Positions 1 through 13,576 of a DNA stretch of 64,000 nucleotides are shown piece by piece. The notes beneath the pieces were generated by a model that saw nothing but the letters and a program-made list of their open reading frames with translations, did no database searches and was not told the origin of the DNA. The first letter of the stretch is position 1; the number at the start of each line of letters is the position of its first letter. Position numbers and translations under genes: made by a program. Source of the stretch: Tricharina praecox (lineage: Eukaryota); NCBI RefSeq assembly GCF_024521635.1, contig NW_026250411.1, positions 372,001-436,000 of the forward strand. Direction: 5' to 3'.

Positions 1-2543
1 GGAACGATGGGGCTGGAAACCGGACCCTGTCCAAAGAACATTATCAGCCAACCGTATGGAATGTTCTTGCGCATGTGCTGCCAGCACACGACGCGCTTCC
101 TTGACTCACCCGTCGCATCTTTGCGCCTCGCTAGGCTGGACCCTGAAGCTTTGAGTATGGACTGGCAGTGGAGTCCAGTAGCTAGGCCCCGGCCCGGGGC
201 TAGGAAGCTATGTACCATCATGTACCTCACGGCACGGACGACCCCTATTTTTCGCCCACGGACCCTCCTTCCGTCGTCGGCCACGGCATCAGGCGGCACA
301 GCGCTTCTCAGCTTCCGCTTGCAAGCCGCTCGCCGGTCACCGGTGGAATGGAAGTGCACTTTCGGCCAAGGGCCAAGTTAGAGCGGGCTGGACCACGAGA
401 AAGAAAGAAAAAGAAGAAGAAGCATGATGGAGGGTTCATGATCGTGACTTTTCTTTTTTTTCTTTTTTCTGCGAACCTTCGGACGAACAATGACCGCCTA
501 CCAAGGGACAGATTGCAGATACAGGCGTCAGGCGCAAAGTGACAGCAAGCGCATACCTCATACATACTCGGGCAGACACTTTGTACCTGACGTTGAGCGT
601 GTGTGTGTGTGTGTGTGTGTGTGGATGGGTCGCGGACTCGCGGTTGCGCTTACCTTGGCAAATTTCCTTCCAGAGTGGCCGTTGGAGAAGTGTTGTGATC
701 AGCTTCCGCTCTTGGTCCCGAGAGGGAAATAACAGACAAAAAATAATCCTGGGAACGGTACTAAAAGTCTCTGCGCGGAACTCCTCGTTTTGCCGACCAA
801 TATATGTATGATGTATGTATGTGCCCCCCCCCCGTAGTCTGTATGTATGTGTCTGCAAAGCCGGCCAGCCAGCTTGAGTAAAAGTGGGCGATGTGGGGTC
901 GGTCAGCAGTAACTAGGTTTGGTGACAGCTCACATATTGCTTCTTCCCCCACTCCTGTCCGTGTGTAAGCTCCACCCAGCAGATCCGATCACCCATGCGC
1001 ACGGTGGTGGCTTGGAGGGGAATAGCCACTCTAGGTAAGTACGGTGAGTAAGTACTCTATGTATCCATGTGGTCACGACGCGGCCGATTTTCATCGACTT
1101 TCTCCTTTCTTCCACCGAGGTCGGGTATTTCTTTAGGGGCGTAATCTTCGTTATCTGCACTTCCGGTCTGTACTTGTGCACTAGTGAGTACTTGGTACCT
1201 GTGTCTTTGGCTGAGCACTGAAAGTGTACATTTAGTAAGTGAGTAGCTCGGGAGGAAGTAGAGTGGTTATGATAGGTACCTCACAACGTTTGCCTCTGTA
1301 GAGTAGATATGTAGAGTATTTGCTTGTTGTGATTCGCGTCCCAGAGCCGTGTCATTGGGGGAGGGTAGATACAACCTACTAGAAGTGAGGAAAGTAGACT
1401 CGTACCCGCGCTTCCCTATGCAACAAGACGGGCCATCATCATCACAGAGGTGGGTAATACGGTACATTGCGGCAAATTGCACTGTCCCAGACTCCAGTTG
1501 ATCCGAAACAACCAGCGACGAGTCAGCGACCGATCGGGTAGTTACCCCAAAATAAATCCACACGGCGGCGAGCGAGCGTGGAGACTCGAGAGAGCGACAG
1601 ACTCAGATCGGACTCAGACTCAGACTCCTCAGTAGGACACCGGGGAAGTAGGTATTCGTCCTGCGGAGAGTGAGCGTGAGGCGGCGCAGGTCTCAGCGTG
1701 TATGTAGAGTAGTTATAGTTTATAGTAGGTACTCTACATGAGAGAGGCGAAGCCTAGTCTCCTCAGTCGCGGCGCATATTGCGGCTAAACGTGACGAGGC
1801 TGTGGTGGGTGGCAGGATGGGATCGATTATCGTCGCCTTCCGTGTTTGTGGCGGGGGACAGGGCGATGGGTGGTGGTAGAGTGGTGGTGGTGGTGCAGTG
1901 GTGGTGGACCCAATGCAGGCGCAGGCGAGAGTGAGAGAAGGAGGAGGGGAGAGTCCTGAATGGAGCGCGGCTTGCAGGAAGGGGTGGGTCTCTGGGAAGA
2001 CTGGCTAGGTATTTGGCCATCCCCTGTACGGTGCGAATTCAGCACTTCCACGGTCCCCACCCAATCTACTGGCATGGGCCTGGGGGGCTGGCCTTGTCAG
2101 AGTATTATTGCTTTTTCCAGAACTACAACACACACACACACACACACACACACATCCGTCAAATCATAGGCAACCGGATCCTGCTGCTGGGCCATGGGTT
2201 TGGTTTGCTGTGCGTGCCCACACACCAAGCTTGCGGGTATATTGTGCACGGCGCTCCCCCCCTCCATCTCTTTTCGGTCTCATCCTTCGCATCGTGGGTT
2301 TAATACCGAGTTACACTTCGCTGAGTTGCTCCGTGCCACTCCCATATGCTAGATCGGATCCTGCTCTTCGTGCTGCCACTGCAACTCCCTCAAGCCATCA
2401 TCGCTGCCATAAATCGATAAGAACGACAGAAAAACCCACCGGACGGATTTCGACATCTGAACGACACTCACGGTCCTCTTTGGTACTGTGATCATTCAAC
2501 CACCGAAATTCGAAATTCGAAAAATTCGAGAAAATAAATCAAA

Positions 2544-3486
2544 ATGGGTCAGAAGCCATCTTCTCCGACAACCTCACCGGTGCTTGCCTTCGAGGTCGAA
2601 ATGGACGCGACCGATATCCATCAGGCTCTGGAATACGTGAGCCGGGACCTTCGGCGGAAACGTCTTCACCTGCACTTGATAGTGGGCGGCAGCTCACTGC
2701 CCTGTCTCCTCTACAAGACCAAGGCTACATGGTACGTGCATCGAAGAGAGATTCGAGTATAACTTTTTCATTCATTCTCGTTTCATTCGCTAACATGAAC
2801 CTTTTCTCTCCAGCACGAGTTTGAGCATCATCATGATCTCAGAAGTGTGCCCGAAAACGCTTGAAACACTGACGCGGTCGGTGCGCCGAGCGCAGAAGCT
2901 CTTCGGGCTGAACTCGGACTGGGTCAACACAACGCTCGAGAACTCGATCCCGTCGGACGTCAAGCAGCAAGTGATCGACCGCAGCCTGTTGCAGAACGAC
3001 ATCGTGTTCTCGTCAGAAGGTCTGACGCTGTTCGCACTGGACCACTGCTTCTCGCTCAAGTCGACGCTCGACAAGCTGTCGCGGGGTTCATGGGACGCCA
3101 ATTTCGACGATGCGGTCGAGGTCCTGCGAAGACTGGTGTACATCTCGCGGGGCCGCCCGATGACCCGCGGGTACATCCGCCGCTGCTATGCGAAGATGGA
3201 GGTCGCGGATAACATGCTGCTGCGCTTGAACTGGGAGTACGAGCGACTGCACGGGCATAGAGGCGTCGTCGGCGTCAACGACGAGTACATGTGCTGGAGG
3301 CGGGACGGGGTCAAGTGGAGCGAGGAGCTGGAGGCGTATGGCATGGAGATCGGGATTTCCCTGAGTCGGTCGTCGAGCGCGGCGTCGTCTCGAAGCGAAG
3401 ACTGGGAACTAAAGCCGTTACCGGAACCTCCGGTGATCGAGGAGACAATTGCCGAGATTTTCGCGAAGCGGCCCGGTTTCTTTTGA
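2544..3486 (+). CDS. Two-exon hypothetical protein with nucleotidyltransferase-fold-like motifs (exons 2544-2731 and 2814-3486)
   Basis: ATG 2544 in aaaATGg context. Intron 2732-2813 (GTACGT...GCTAAC...CAG) joins ORF 2544 in frame to ORF 2821-3486. Motifs LHLIVGG and GLNSDWVN. N-terminus MGQKPS. Confidence 0.8.
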
Positions 3487-3610
3487 GTGTTTGGACACGG
3501 GATGCAGGATGGGAGGAGCCGGAGGACGGGAGGGGTGGACGAGACGGGAGCAGGGATGGTGGGAGTGGATGGGAGGACGGGTTTCTGGTTGGGAGGAGGA
3601 ACGGCTAGTA

Positions 3611-3805
3611 CCATGACCGCACGGAGGATTTGACTGCTTGTTTCCACGTGTCTGTCCGTCACGAAGGAGTCGCGTCATCACCATGAGCGCACGGAGGATT
3701 CGACAGCTTCTTTCCACGTCTCTAGCCGTCACAGAGAAGAAGCGTCATCGCGATTACCGCACGGAGGATTCAACTACATCTTTCCATGTGTCTGGCCGTC
3801 ATGGA
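3611..3805. repeat. Three tandem 70-bp repeats (core GCACGGAGGATT...TTTCCAYGT)
   Basis: Units start at 3611, 3681 and 3751, just downstream of the 2544-3486 gene. Confidence 0.85.
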
Positions 3806-6800
3806 GGATACCAAATGAGCATCGCCTTTTGGGAAGGGTTATTGGGTTATTAGGGTGGTGGGTTACGGGGTTTTTGGGGGGTTGTTTTTGGGTTTCGCCT
3901 TGGGTCATGGGCACTTGGCTGGGATGACTTCTTGTGATATTATTGGTTCTGGCTCTGGTGTTGGTGGCTCCCTGTCCTGTAGATTATGCAACCGTTGCGC
4001 CGGGTTCTATTCTTCTTCTTCCCTCCACACACACACACCCGCGTACCCACCGGGCCGCCTTCTCTGTCTGTCTTCTGTGCTGGGCTGTGTGTGTGTCTTG
4101 TTATGCGACATGTTTATTCTTGGTTCTCTCCGGTGTGCTATCATCCAGTTATTATATGTATGCACCGATTTTTATCCCCTACCAAGTTACATAGTTCCAA
4201 CATCTTCACAGTTCACAGCTGCTTTTTTCTCGGTGACGTGCTATGGCCATGTGTGCGGGGGGGAAGGGGGGGTTCTGCAGCCGTTCGACTTGCTGCTGCT
4301 GCGACTTCCCAGACAGGCAGGACATGGAGGGATCGATAGGCTTATGCTGCATAATCGTGAGGAGAGTTCGTTAGAAGTAGTTGGTATTTAGTTAGTCACC
4401 TCGCCCACTTGCAGTCTTGCAGACTTTCGCCTCCACGACGTCTCCTTAGATGTGCATAAACAGTATCATAAACCCCCGTGCCATGCCATGCTATGCTACC
4501 TTCGCACTCTGCACTCTGGATGTATGTATGCTAGAGTATTTGTAAGAATGTTCGCCGATCGGTTCGCTTGTGAATGTTTCTCTGTTGAATGTTCTCTGTT
4601 CTCTGCCAGACGGACCGGCGGCCGCGACGCTCTCGAATCTCCGTGTGCACAGGTCTTTACCTAGAATACTCGTGACAGTAACAGCGACTGCGACCGCGAC
4701 CGCGACAGCGACGACAACGCCACCGCCATCACCACTGCCACCACCACAGCCACTGGCGGAATACCGCAGGTATTATGTATAGCATTCAGGTATGACCGTA
4801 TAGGTAGCAGGTATCTACCGGTATCATAGTACTCACGTAAGTTCTCCGCGGCATCGCGTTCGTTATCCAAAATCCGTATCCATAATCCAAATTCATAGGT
4901 AATCCAACAAGTCAGTGCGAGGTGTGATAAGTTACTATCGATAGACGAAACCGCTCGCATCGCATCGCTGACGTCCACTGTCCACTGTCCATCGTCCAGT
5001 GCATACCGGTACCGGTATAGGTACATAGTATGTATACATAGCATCGATCATTCCAAATTCCAACTGATCGTTGCTATGATGACACTGAACATCTCCGGTT
5101 CACTAGTTGACTGTTGGAACTTGGTTCACCAGCCTACCAGTTAGTACCTAGCGTACGATGGGGCGTGGGCGTGGACTGTCGGTAAGCAATCAGGATTCAG
5201 GAAGCAGCGAGCAGCAGCAGCGGAGGCGGAGTGTTACTTAGCAACTTAGCAACAACTTACATGGATGATGGGGGTTCCTTCCCTCGAGTATTATACATAC
5301 GAGGCGGGGGAGAGGACTCAGGGAGGGGAGGGGAGGGGAAGAGCGAAATTGGAATCAATTTGATCATCCCTCGTCACATCGTGCGACCCCGGAAAGTTTT
5401 CCGGTCAGGGTGACGATTTCGCTTTCACCTTTCGCGCTTTTCGCGATCGCGGTTTGCGACGTCTCGTCTGCTCGTCTGCTGCTCGTCGCTCCTCTCCCCG
5501 TGCGCCGAAACTTAAAAGCATAGTTCTCCCCCACCCCCTCTCTCCCTTTCTTCTTCTCTCTGCCCCTCTCTTTTTCTTAAGCTGTTTTACGAGCAGTGGC
5601 TTCACGGGTGAAATTCATGCGATAGAAGCAAGCCGAGTTTCAGTAGGTGGAGGTATCTACCAGACTATGACTATGTCGACTCGTTTAAAAATAGCTGGAA
5701 CGGCCTAAGGCTACCAGTAGATGCTGAGCCTGTTGCAGCGTTGCAGTGTTGCATGGAAAATCTACCCTAGATCAGGTAGGGAACCGCACTAGACCGGTGT
5801 GGGCGAATTAAAAACAAACACACGCGCTCCCCACCTCGCCCACCCCAAGCCGTTTCTGCTGGGGCAACCGACCGGCCGCGGGTGCGGTTAGCTCGGGACC
5901 GAACGCTCCAATAACCGCATCCGCGGAGCCGGTGCGGGGGGCCACACTGCTATGGGCGTCATGCGGCAGCACTCGGTGATTGGTTAACGCGTGTGCGTTT
6001 GCATGCGCAGGGGGGGCTGGGGGGAGATGGTCGATTCCTAGGTGACGAGCACTCTACGTGTGCAGTGGAAGCGCACACACGCATCATGACTGCGAGATTG
6101 TGATAGTACCTAGGTGGGGCCCTATCGACGGCGTGCGGGGGAGAGGAGTGGGCGGCTAGTGCTAGTTCCGCTCCCGGCTTGTGGTCTGTGATTCGTTCCG
6201 CAGAGTCCATCATATATATTGGAGGAGTCAAGTTACACGCGGACTCGCGCAGCAGCAGCAGCAGCAGCAGTGTCTGCAGTGGCTGCGCTGGCACCTCTAG
6301 TCCCCACCGTCGGAAACTGTGACCTGGCGTACGGCGGGCTCCGATTGACCGCTGAATAGACGCGGGCCCTCGCTGTATCCGGCCTGTTCGGTAGAAGTCT
6401 GTCCCGCACACACCCCACGCACGGTTCGTGGGCAGTGGACACATACCTATAACACCATACATACATACATACATGTGATGGTGGTGGCTCGCTGCGTCTG
6501 TTTATTGCCGGGATGCGCCTGCTTCGCGGATTGGGCCCACCCCACGCCGAGCGATTTTGCCTCCTGCACTGCTGCACTGCTGCGCTGGCAAGTGCTGTTG
6601 CCTGGGGGATGCCCTCGTGCTGAATGTGCACATGTACGCGTAGACGCCGGCGAGGATTGCTGCCATGCTACATACGAGCGGCCTATAGGCTATGAGGGGG
6701 CGAGAGGCAGGAGGCGACATCAGTCTCAGCCGCTGGTGGAACCTCCGTCGTCCTCGCAAGCTTTGGCAGGACATTCCTCGTTCACCGTTCCGTTTGACGG

Positions 6801-7948
6801 CTAGTTACATCGGTGTCGATGCCGTAGGTGGCTGGCACTTGTACTCCATGACGTACATATGTAATGGTACTGAAGCCAGTCTCACGTCTGATAGGCCTCG
6901 ACGCCTCGACGCCGCATCTTCGTATTTATGTACAGGCTTCGGATTTTGCACATTCCCAGTCAATGCGTGGTCGTGGTGGATGGAAGCACCCAAGAAAAAG
7001 TGCTGTTGCGAACAAGAGCACTGCACCCAAGAAGAAGCGGTCCGTACATACCGGTACCGGCAGGACAGATATTTTGAGCTGTCCGGGAAATGAGTCTCGA
7101 CCGAAGAAACGGCTACGTATGTTTTCAGCAGCAAGATCGGGTGTAATCTGAAAAATCCGAGATGGCCTCTATGCGGGGAGGAAAGGAGTGCTGTCTTATC
7201 CGGAGCGAGCACGCAAACATGGCCGCCGTTTTCGACGTCCCGTCCCGCATGTTCTTGGCGATCCGACCCGCAGCTAATCAACAAGCTGAGGGGAACATTC
7301 GAAGGCCGCATCTCGCCCGCGCCGCACCCAAAATGCAGAATGATCCTTGCATGCTGCAGGCGAGATAAACCCAACTTCGCTTTATAGAGCGGCGAGCCTG
7401 TGGCCGCAAGCAGAAAGGGTCCCGAAACGCGGCATCCAGTCGCCTCGGCGCTGCGCGCACTCGCTTCTATGATGATCTCTTTCTCTCTTTTTCTTTTTCT
7501 GTTTTCTTTTTCGCAACCGATCGCCGGTAACTACCACCGCCACTCGCACCAGGGCAGTCGTAGTTATGTATCGTCGATGGTTGCACCCTGATTGCTGGTG
7601 CATGCACAACCGCTGCGTAACGGGGGAAACTCGTGCATCCGCCTGGCTGAAAACTGACGCGCCGGATGTGGAAAGTACACGCGATGCGTGACGAGTGATC
7701 GTGGTGATCGTGGTTCGACTGAACTGCCTGACAGTGTTGTTTTTGACTGCGGTCTGCGCGGATCGTTACGATTGCACGTGCATGGGGGGGGGTTCATCAA
7801 AAATCACCCCAACTGGTGGCCCCCGTTGCGAGTGTCCGTGCCCCTCCAATCCTCCGATCCCCCATCACGTCTGTCTCCACGATGCCCGAGGACGAACCGC
7901 CGTCGTGGACAACGGGTGGGTATACGGGATCCGAGTCCACTTACCTAC

Positions 7949-8567
7949 GAGTCCAGAAGGTGTCGGTGGGAATCCCCATTCGCCTCTGTCGAGGACGAGG
8001 AGGGGGTTCTGAGTGCTGAGCTCAAATCGGAAGTGCTTGCCGGGCGGTTGAAGGGGCGATAAGTAGTCCCCGGCGGAAGGGTGGCCTGTATTTCCATTGT
8101 CGGTGACCGTTTTGCGGACGGCTCCTTTGCTAACACCCCTCAGGCCGGCGGCGGGTCGAGAGGGGAACACACAGAAGAAAGAGGAGGTGGAAGTTGATTG
8201 TTTATTTTGTAGGGGATGATTAAGAAAGAAGAAGAAGAAGAAGAGGATCCCGCCATGGTCGCCAAAGTTGATTCCTATCAAAGTTAATACCCACTATACT
8301 AACCACATTCGTTTTCTCCCGCCGACAGGAGTCCTCCCTCATTTCCTCCTCTCGTCGACAACTCCTCCATCACTTTCGCCACAACGGCGTGAGCCCGAAG
8401 TATGTCGGTGGCAGTCACTCTTCGTCCCTACCTCGTCCTCAAAGGGGGTTTGGAGTGCTGAGCTCAAATCGGAAGCGCTCAGTGCCGTGCGGTTGAGCGG
8501 ACGACAGGTGATCGATCCCCGACGGACGGATGGCTTGTATGCACATATGTCTATCGTGGGTGATCGC
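7949..8567. repeat. Diverged direct repeat of about 165 bp (7949-8110 and 8391-8567)
   Basis: Identical 23-nt core GAGTGCTGAGCTCAAATCGGAAG at 8011 and 8453, with alignable flanks. Confidence 0.75.
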
Positions 8568-8811
8568 ATGACTCGGAACGCGGCATCGCACGGCAGCTTG
8601 CCGATTGCCGCGACAGACGTAGTGGAATATTATCCAACCTCAAAGTGCAGAAATGTCCAGCAGAATTCTCATCTCGACTACATACCTAGACTGCATAGGT
8701 TTTTGGTTTCTCCATTTCGTGTTCAACTGCGTCAGGCCGTAACGGATTGGACGACCTATTATGCTTGCGGGTGCGACTGTTTTTCCTGCGACATTTCCAA
8801 GTGACATTGTG

Positions 8812-9057
8812 TGATTCACTACCTCAACTTCTGCCTGCAACGTTTCATTCACTCTCACGGTTGCTTACTAATGGTCCGTAATGTCCCATTCACTCTCACA
8901 TTGCATCCACTCTCACATTGCATCCACTCTCACATTCCATTCACTCTCACGTTCCATTCACTCACACATGGACTTACGAGTCACGAATGGTCTGCAATTC
9001 CCCATTCACTCCCACATTCGCTCACCAATACTCTGCAACGTTCCATTCACTCTCACC
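8812..9057. repeat. Degenerate short-unit minisatellite (CATTCACTCTCAC-like motif)
   Basis: Repeated ccattcactctcac / catccactctcacatt motifs. Confidence 0.7.
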
Positions 9058-9537
9058 TGCACTTACCAAAACTTTCGCTGATATTCTTCCAAGCTTCAGC
9101 TCCTGCTTCGCGTGATGTCAAGTCCCGAGTGCTGGGCGACTCCCGAGCTACATACGCCTATGAAGTCGCCGCCCAATCCCTTCTTCAAACCACCGATACG
9201 AGATTTCTCGTTCAACGAGTAGTGGGCAGTTGGCACCGCAGACAACCCTCACTGCACATCGACAGCGATAGCTCTGCAAACATCTTTTGCGAGATGTAGT
9301 AGGTGTTTACCCGCGGTTAGCCATTCAAGTGTCTGCAGAGGCAGAGGTCGCAAAGGCGATCACTCGGTGCGTTTGATGCGAATGGGTGTATTTAGTACAT
9401 GTATTTACAATGCAGTTGATTGAGTGGTCCTGCCACTAAGACTCAGGCAAGCATAAATCCCGCTGCCGCTATTGTCCTCCCTCCGCGTCGCCAAAACACC
9501 GGCCCCCAATTCCACCAGCCCCCCACCTGCCCCCGCA

Positions 9538-10131
9538 CTACAACTCCCTCCCCATGACCGCGCCACAATACCCCTTCGCGTGGTGTCCACTATCCCGTCG
9601 TCATCATCAGCCCAACACCCCTCTTTTCCACCGTGCATCCCGCCGCGCATCCCGCCGCGCATCGCCGTGGGAGGAAGGGAAACCTACGCCTCTTGCCGAC
9701 AGCACATATTGCACGTTCTCCAGTCGTCTGTGCGAGTCTCATGCCACTTGACGCACTCCTCCTGGCAATCGAGCATGCTCTCGAGCCACTGACGGCGCTT
9801 CCTCCGCGCTTCTGCATCCGCCTCCGGCTGCGCGGGGAGGTACTCCGATGCCAGCGCCTTGAACCGGTCGAACCAGTCCCGTAGGTCGTCCGTGTTGATG
9901 TTGAGGGATGGGAGGTTGATGTTGAGGTTTATGGCTTGTGCGAGGAGGTGTTAGCTGGTGGGGAAAAGAGGGATGGGGTGGGGGAGGGGAAGAGGGGGAG
10001 GGCGCACAGTCACGTTGCTGGCCGGCCGGCAATGGCATCACTTTCCCCTGCGCATCGTAGGCGATGTTGGGTGGGACGGCGAGGACGAGGGCCACGAGGG
10101 CTAGGGGGAGCAACAGCATGCGTGAAATCAT
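9538..10131 (-). CDS. Spliced small secreted Cys-rich pre-pro-peptide (2-3 exons)
   Basis: Signal peptide MISRMLLLPLALVALVLA. A phase-1 intron (donor GTGCGC or GTGACT near 10007-10013, GCTAAC branch, AAG acceptor at 9935) leads into INLNINLPSL...EARRKRRQWLESMLDCQEECVKWHETRTDDWRTCNMCCRQEA. It either stops at 9684 or a second intron 9687-9590 adds GHHAKGYCGAVMGREL with stop at 9538. Confidence 0.65.
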
Positions 10132-10673
10132 TTTGGCCGGCGGTTGGATGGATCGGATATGTCAAAATCGTACATACATGCGAGAGAGCTGAAGAGGTGT
10201 GTTCTTATATCATCCGACTCCTACTGGCGGCACATGCCGGCCCACGTTTTTGCTTCCCGCTTTCCCCGTACCCCGCTGGATCACCCGCTCCGCGAAATAT
10301 GCTCTATGTATGGTGTCATAGATGCTGAAAATTGTAGGCTAACCAGCTCTGCGTAGCCGTTGAAGCGATTAGATTAACCGTGTGGTATAAGGTGTGCATG
10401 CAGGCCCGGCGATCCGAGACTAGGATTTGTCCGGGCCGTTGAAACACGGCCGGATGAATGCGATGGATACATGTGATAACTCTCCATGCGTACCAAATAC
10501 AGGAGTCTCCCGTCCATCCTCCAAAATTCATGAAATACTGATACAGAGGGGTTTAATGATACAAAAAAAATAACCCCATCGCCCCCACCCACCACCCATT
10601 CCCTTCAATACTTGTAAACGGGTTAAAACATTCAAACATGTGACGTCTCTTCGTTCGTCGTCCCGCGACTCCT

Positions 10674-13063
10674 TCAGTACGCCCTCTTCTCGGTGGAAGG
10701 CCTACGGTTCTCCCAACTATTATAATCATCGCCGCTCTGCTCCACCAATCTCCTCGTTCGTTCATCGTTAACCCATCCCTCTATCCTATCTGCCACATCA
10801 CCAACCAGCTTCGCATAAACCTCTCCGACAAAGAACAGACCGCAATGCGCTCCGACCTCATCCACCCCCTTCATTTCTACCGGCGTCCATGCCTCGTCGG
10901 GCTGTGACGGGATTATGCAAAACTTACGTTTCCTTGGAGGCTTTTCCTTTTTCGCTTTCTCTTTTTCGAGCTTCTGTTGCTCCTTCTCCTTCTCCTTTTG
11001 CTCCTGACGTTGTTTCTTTTCCAGTTCTAGCTGTTGATGCCGCTCCTGCTCCTTCTCTTTTACCTCTTGGCGTTCTTTCTGTTCCAGTTCCAACTGTTGC
11101 TGCCGCTCCTGCTCGCCGCGTTCGAACTGGACCTGGCGCTCCAACATTTCATCGGTCTTCTCCTGGTTGAGTCTTTTCATCTCTTCCTCCTGCAGTGCTT
11201 TCTGGGGTTCCGCCAACTTATGCTTCTGTCGGTCTCTCTCCTCCTCATCCGCCCGCCCTTTTTCTTTCTCCCTCTCTTTTTCCTTCTCTTTTTCCTTCTT
11301 CTTCCTCTCCTTCTCTCGGTCATGATAAACCTTTTCGATCGCCTTTTCCCTGGCCTTCACAAGTTTGCCGTACTCTTTCATCTGCCGCTCATACTCCACC
11401 GCTTGGCGTTTGTTTTCCTTTTCTAGTGCCTTTCGTAGATGTTTTTCCGTCGATTCTAGGATCGCTTGCAGCGTCGGCGCAGTTGGTGGAGCAGAGATGG
11501 GAGGAAAGAGTGCCTCTACGTCACCCAACGACGTTATTGGCGATACCGGCGTCGGTGGAACTATTTCAACAGCGGGCTGAGAGAGTTCCGGTTCTGGAAG
11601 GAGCATTTGCGTAGCCAATGGAGGAGGTGGGGGAGGATGATCGGGGGGCAGATGACCGGAGGGCGGATGTTCGGAAGCACTGCTGCCCCGGCTCATGGGT
11701 TCGGGCTCTAAATCTTGAAGTTGCATTGCTGGCGTTGACATTCCGCTCTGTGGAGTCTTCGAATGCGTTGACGATCCACTTGGTGTCCTTGTATGCGCGC
11801 TGGACGCCGCTCCTCCACCCACAATCGCCAGCTGTGATACCGACGCCTCAAGTGCACTTCCAATAGCGTAACTGCCTCCGCTGCCTCCAACTATTTCGTC
11901 TGCCATGTCGGCGGGCACAGGCGGTGGAACGACAACTCCTTTCTCACGCCCATAGCTGATGGTGTAGTAATTCGCAAACCGTACCCTATCAATTTTCCCA
12001 TCTTCCGTTTGCTGTCCATCTTCCAAGCTGCGAATCTGTGAGTATCGGGTCTTAAGTCCCATGGGATCGGCAAGACAAGCGCCGAATTCCAAGTGGCTCA
12101 TCAGATACTTCCCGGTAGCTTGTGTGAGATGTTCGTGGTGTTTCGAGATAAACTGTAGTGTCGAAACCCATGTACTGGGAGGCTTCGGAGATGGCACAAC
12201 CGTGAAGTTTCTCTGTGGCCGCTGAGCGAAGAATGGATCCAGTTCCTCTTCCGGAGTCTGCTGTTCAGGCGAGAGGGCCGGCGGGGGTGCTGGCCGGAAA
12301 AGCGATGCGAGACCAGAGGAAATGATTCCAGGGTGCATGCCGAGGAACGGTGTATCGAACGCGATCATTCCGAGGATCCCGGTATGCAGTCGAATGCCCG
12401 GCGAGTAGAAGGACGGAAGTAGGGTTAATTCCGCGCCGAGAATACCGCCCATCGAGTGTCCTAAGAGCACGATATCGGTCGTTTCCGACTCGAACTCGCT
12501 CAGCCTTGTAGTTTATTTTAGCAAAAATCGAACCATTCTCTGATGAAGCCATTCTCAACACACCACTTTGAAAACTCAAGGGTCGCAACTTTGATTGCGT
12601 GCCGCGTCTTGAATTTTGGATATACCTTCGTGTGGACCAAGTACGCATCTTCGCCGTCGCCAAGCGTGACGGTCAGGAGATTGTGCAAGTGCGCGGGGAA
12701 GGACTGGAAAGATGTTTCGTTCCCCATGAAGCCGTGAATGTAGACGAGCAATAGCGTTCTGCGACCGCCGTGTCGGGTCGCGGATGCTGTCGGATGCAAA
12801 GATGCTTGTGACGAGGACCGTGGGTCGCGCAGGAACGTCGAAGAGACGGAAGGCCCGACGCCAGGGGAAAGGGTGTCGGAAGAGAAGGGTGGCGCCTGCG
12901 ACGAAAGCGACGGTCTAGACGAAGGAGGTGAGGACGGCATGGCAGTTAAAACAGATCCATTGCGGGGAGGTAGAGGAGGAGCATTTGGATATGGGCTGAA
13001 AGAGCCGGGAGCGTACGAATTTTCGCCGAAGGGTGAGTATGGTGGGGGGGATCGTTCATCCAT
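10674..13063 (-). CDS. Alpha/beta-hydrolase (DUF676/serine esterase-like) with a long charged coiled-coil C-terminal region; one intron at about 12505-12564
   Basis: VYIHGFMGNETSFQSFP oxyanion-region motif, GHSMGG nucleophile elbow, FDTPFLG, C-terminal EVGAHCGLF His motif. The intron joins ORFs 12518-13063 and 10674-12470. Confidence 0.88.
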
Positions 13064-13576
13064 GGTTGATGTTGGTTGATCGAGGGTTACTTTCTCTGGG
13101 AGCTGGGGAGAGCTGGGAATATCAGGAACGCGGGGATAAAGCTCAACGGTTCTTGGCGGGGCCCTGCACGATGATGCAGGTGTGTGTTCCTAACTATCCC
13201 TGAACGTGAAATGGTACCACTCTTCCAGTTTGCCCCGCAATCACTGGACAAGATCTGAGTAAGATATTGGGACGCAATAATACTTCAAAGAGAGATATTT
13301 ATTACTTTTTTTCAAAGGTACTCGTATGCTCTTTAGTTTAATCTCTCGGTAAGGCAGGACTGCGCGACTTGCGAGCACCATCACCGCGCCTCCGCGCACT
13401 TCACGCACCGCCACAATTCCAGATATATCGATATATTCGTACTCGTACTCGTACAAAATTCACCAAAAAAATACAAAACGACCTAGGTATACATGAAACT
13501 CATCCACCACCCACAAAACCTCCGTGATAGCCGGTTGCCAGAATATCGTCCATCACACAGCGTCAGAGCCCGCGCT

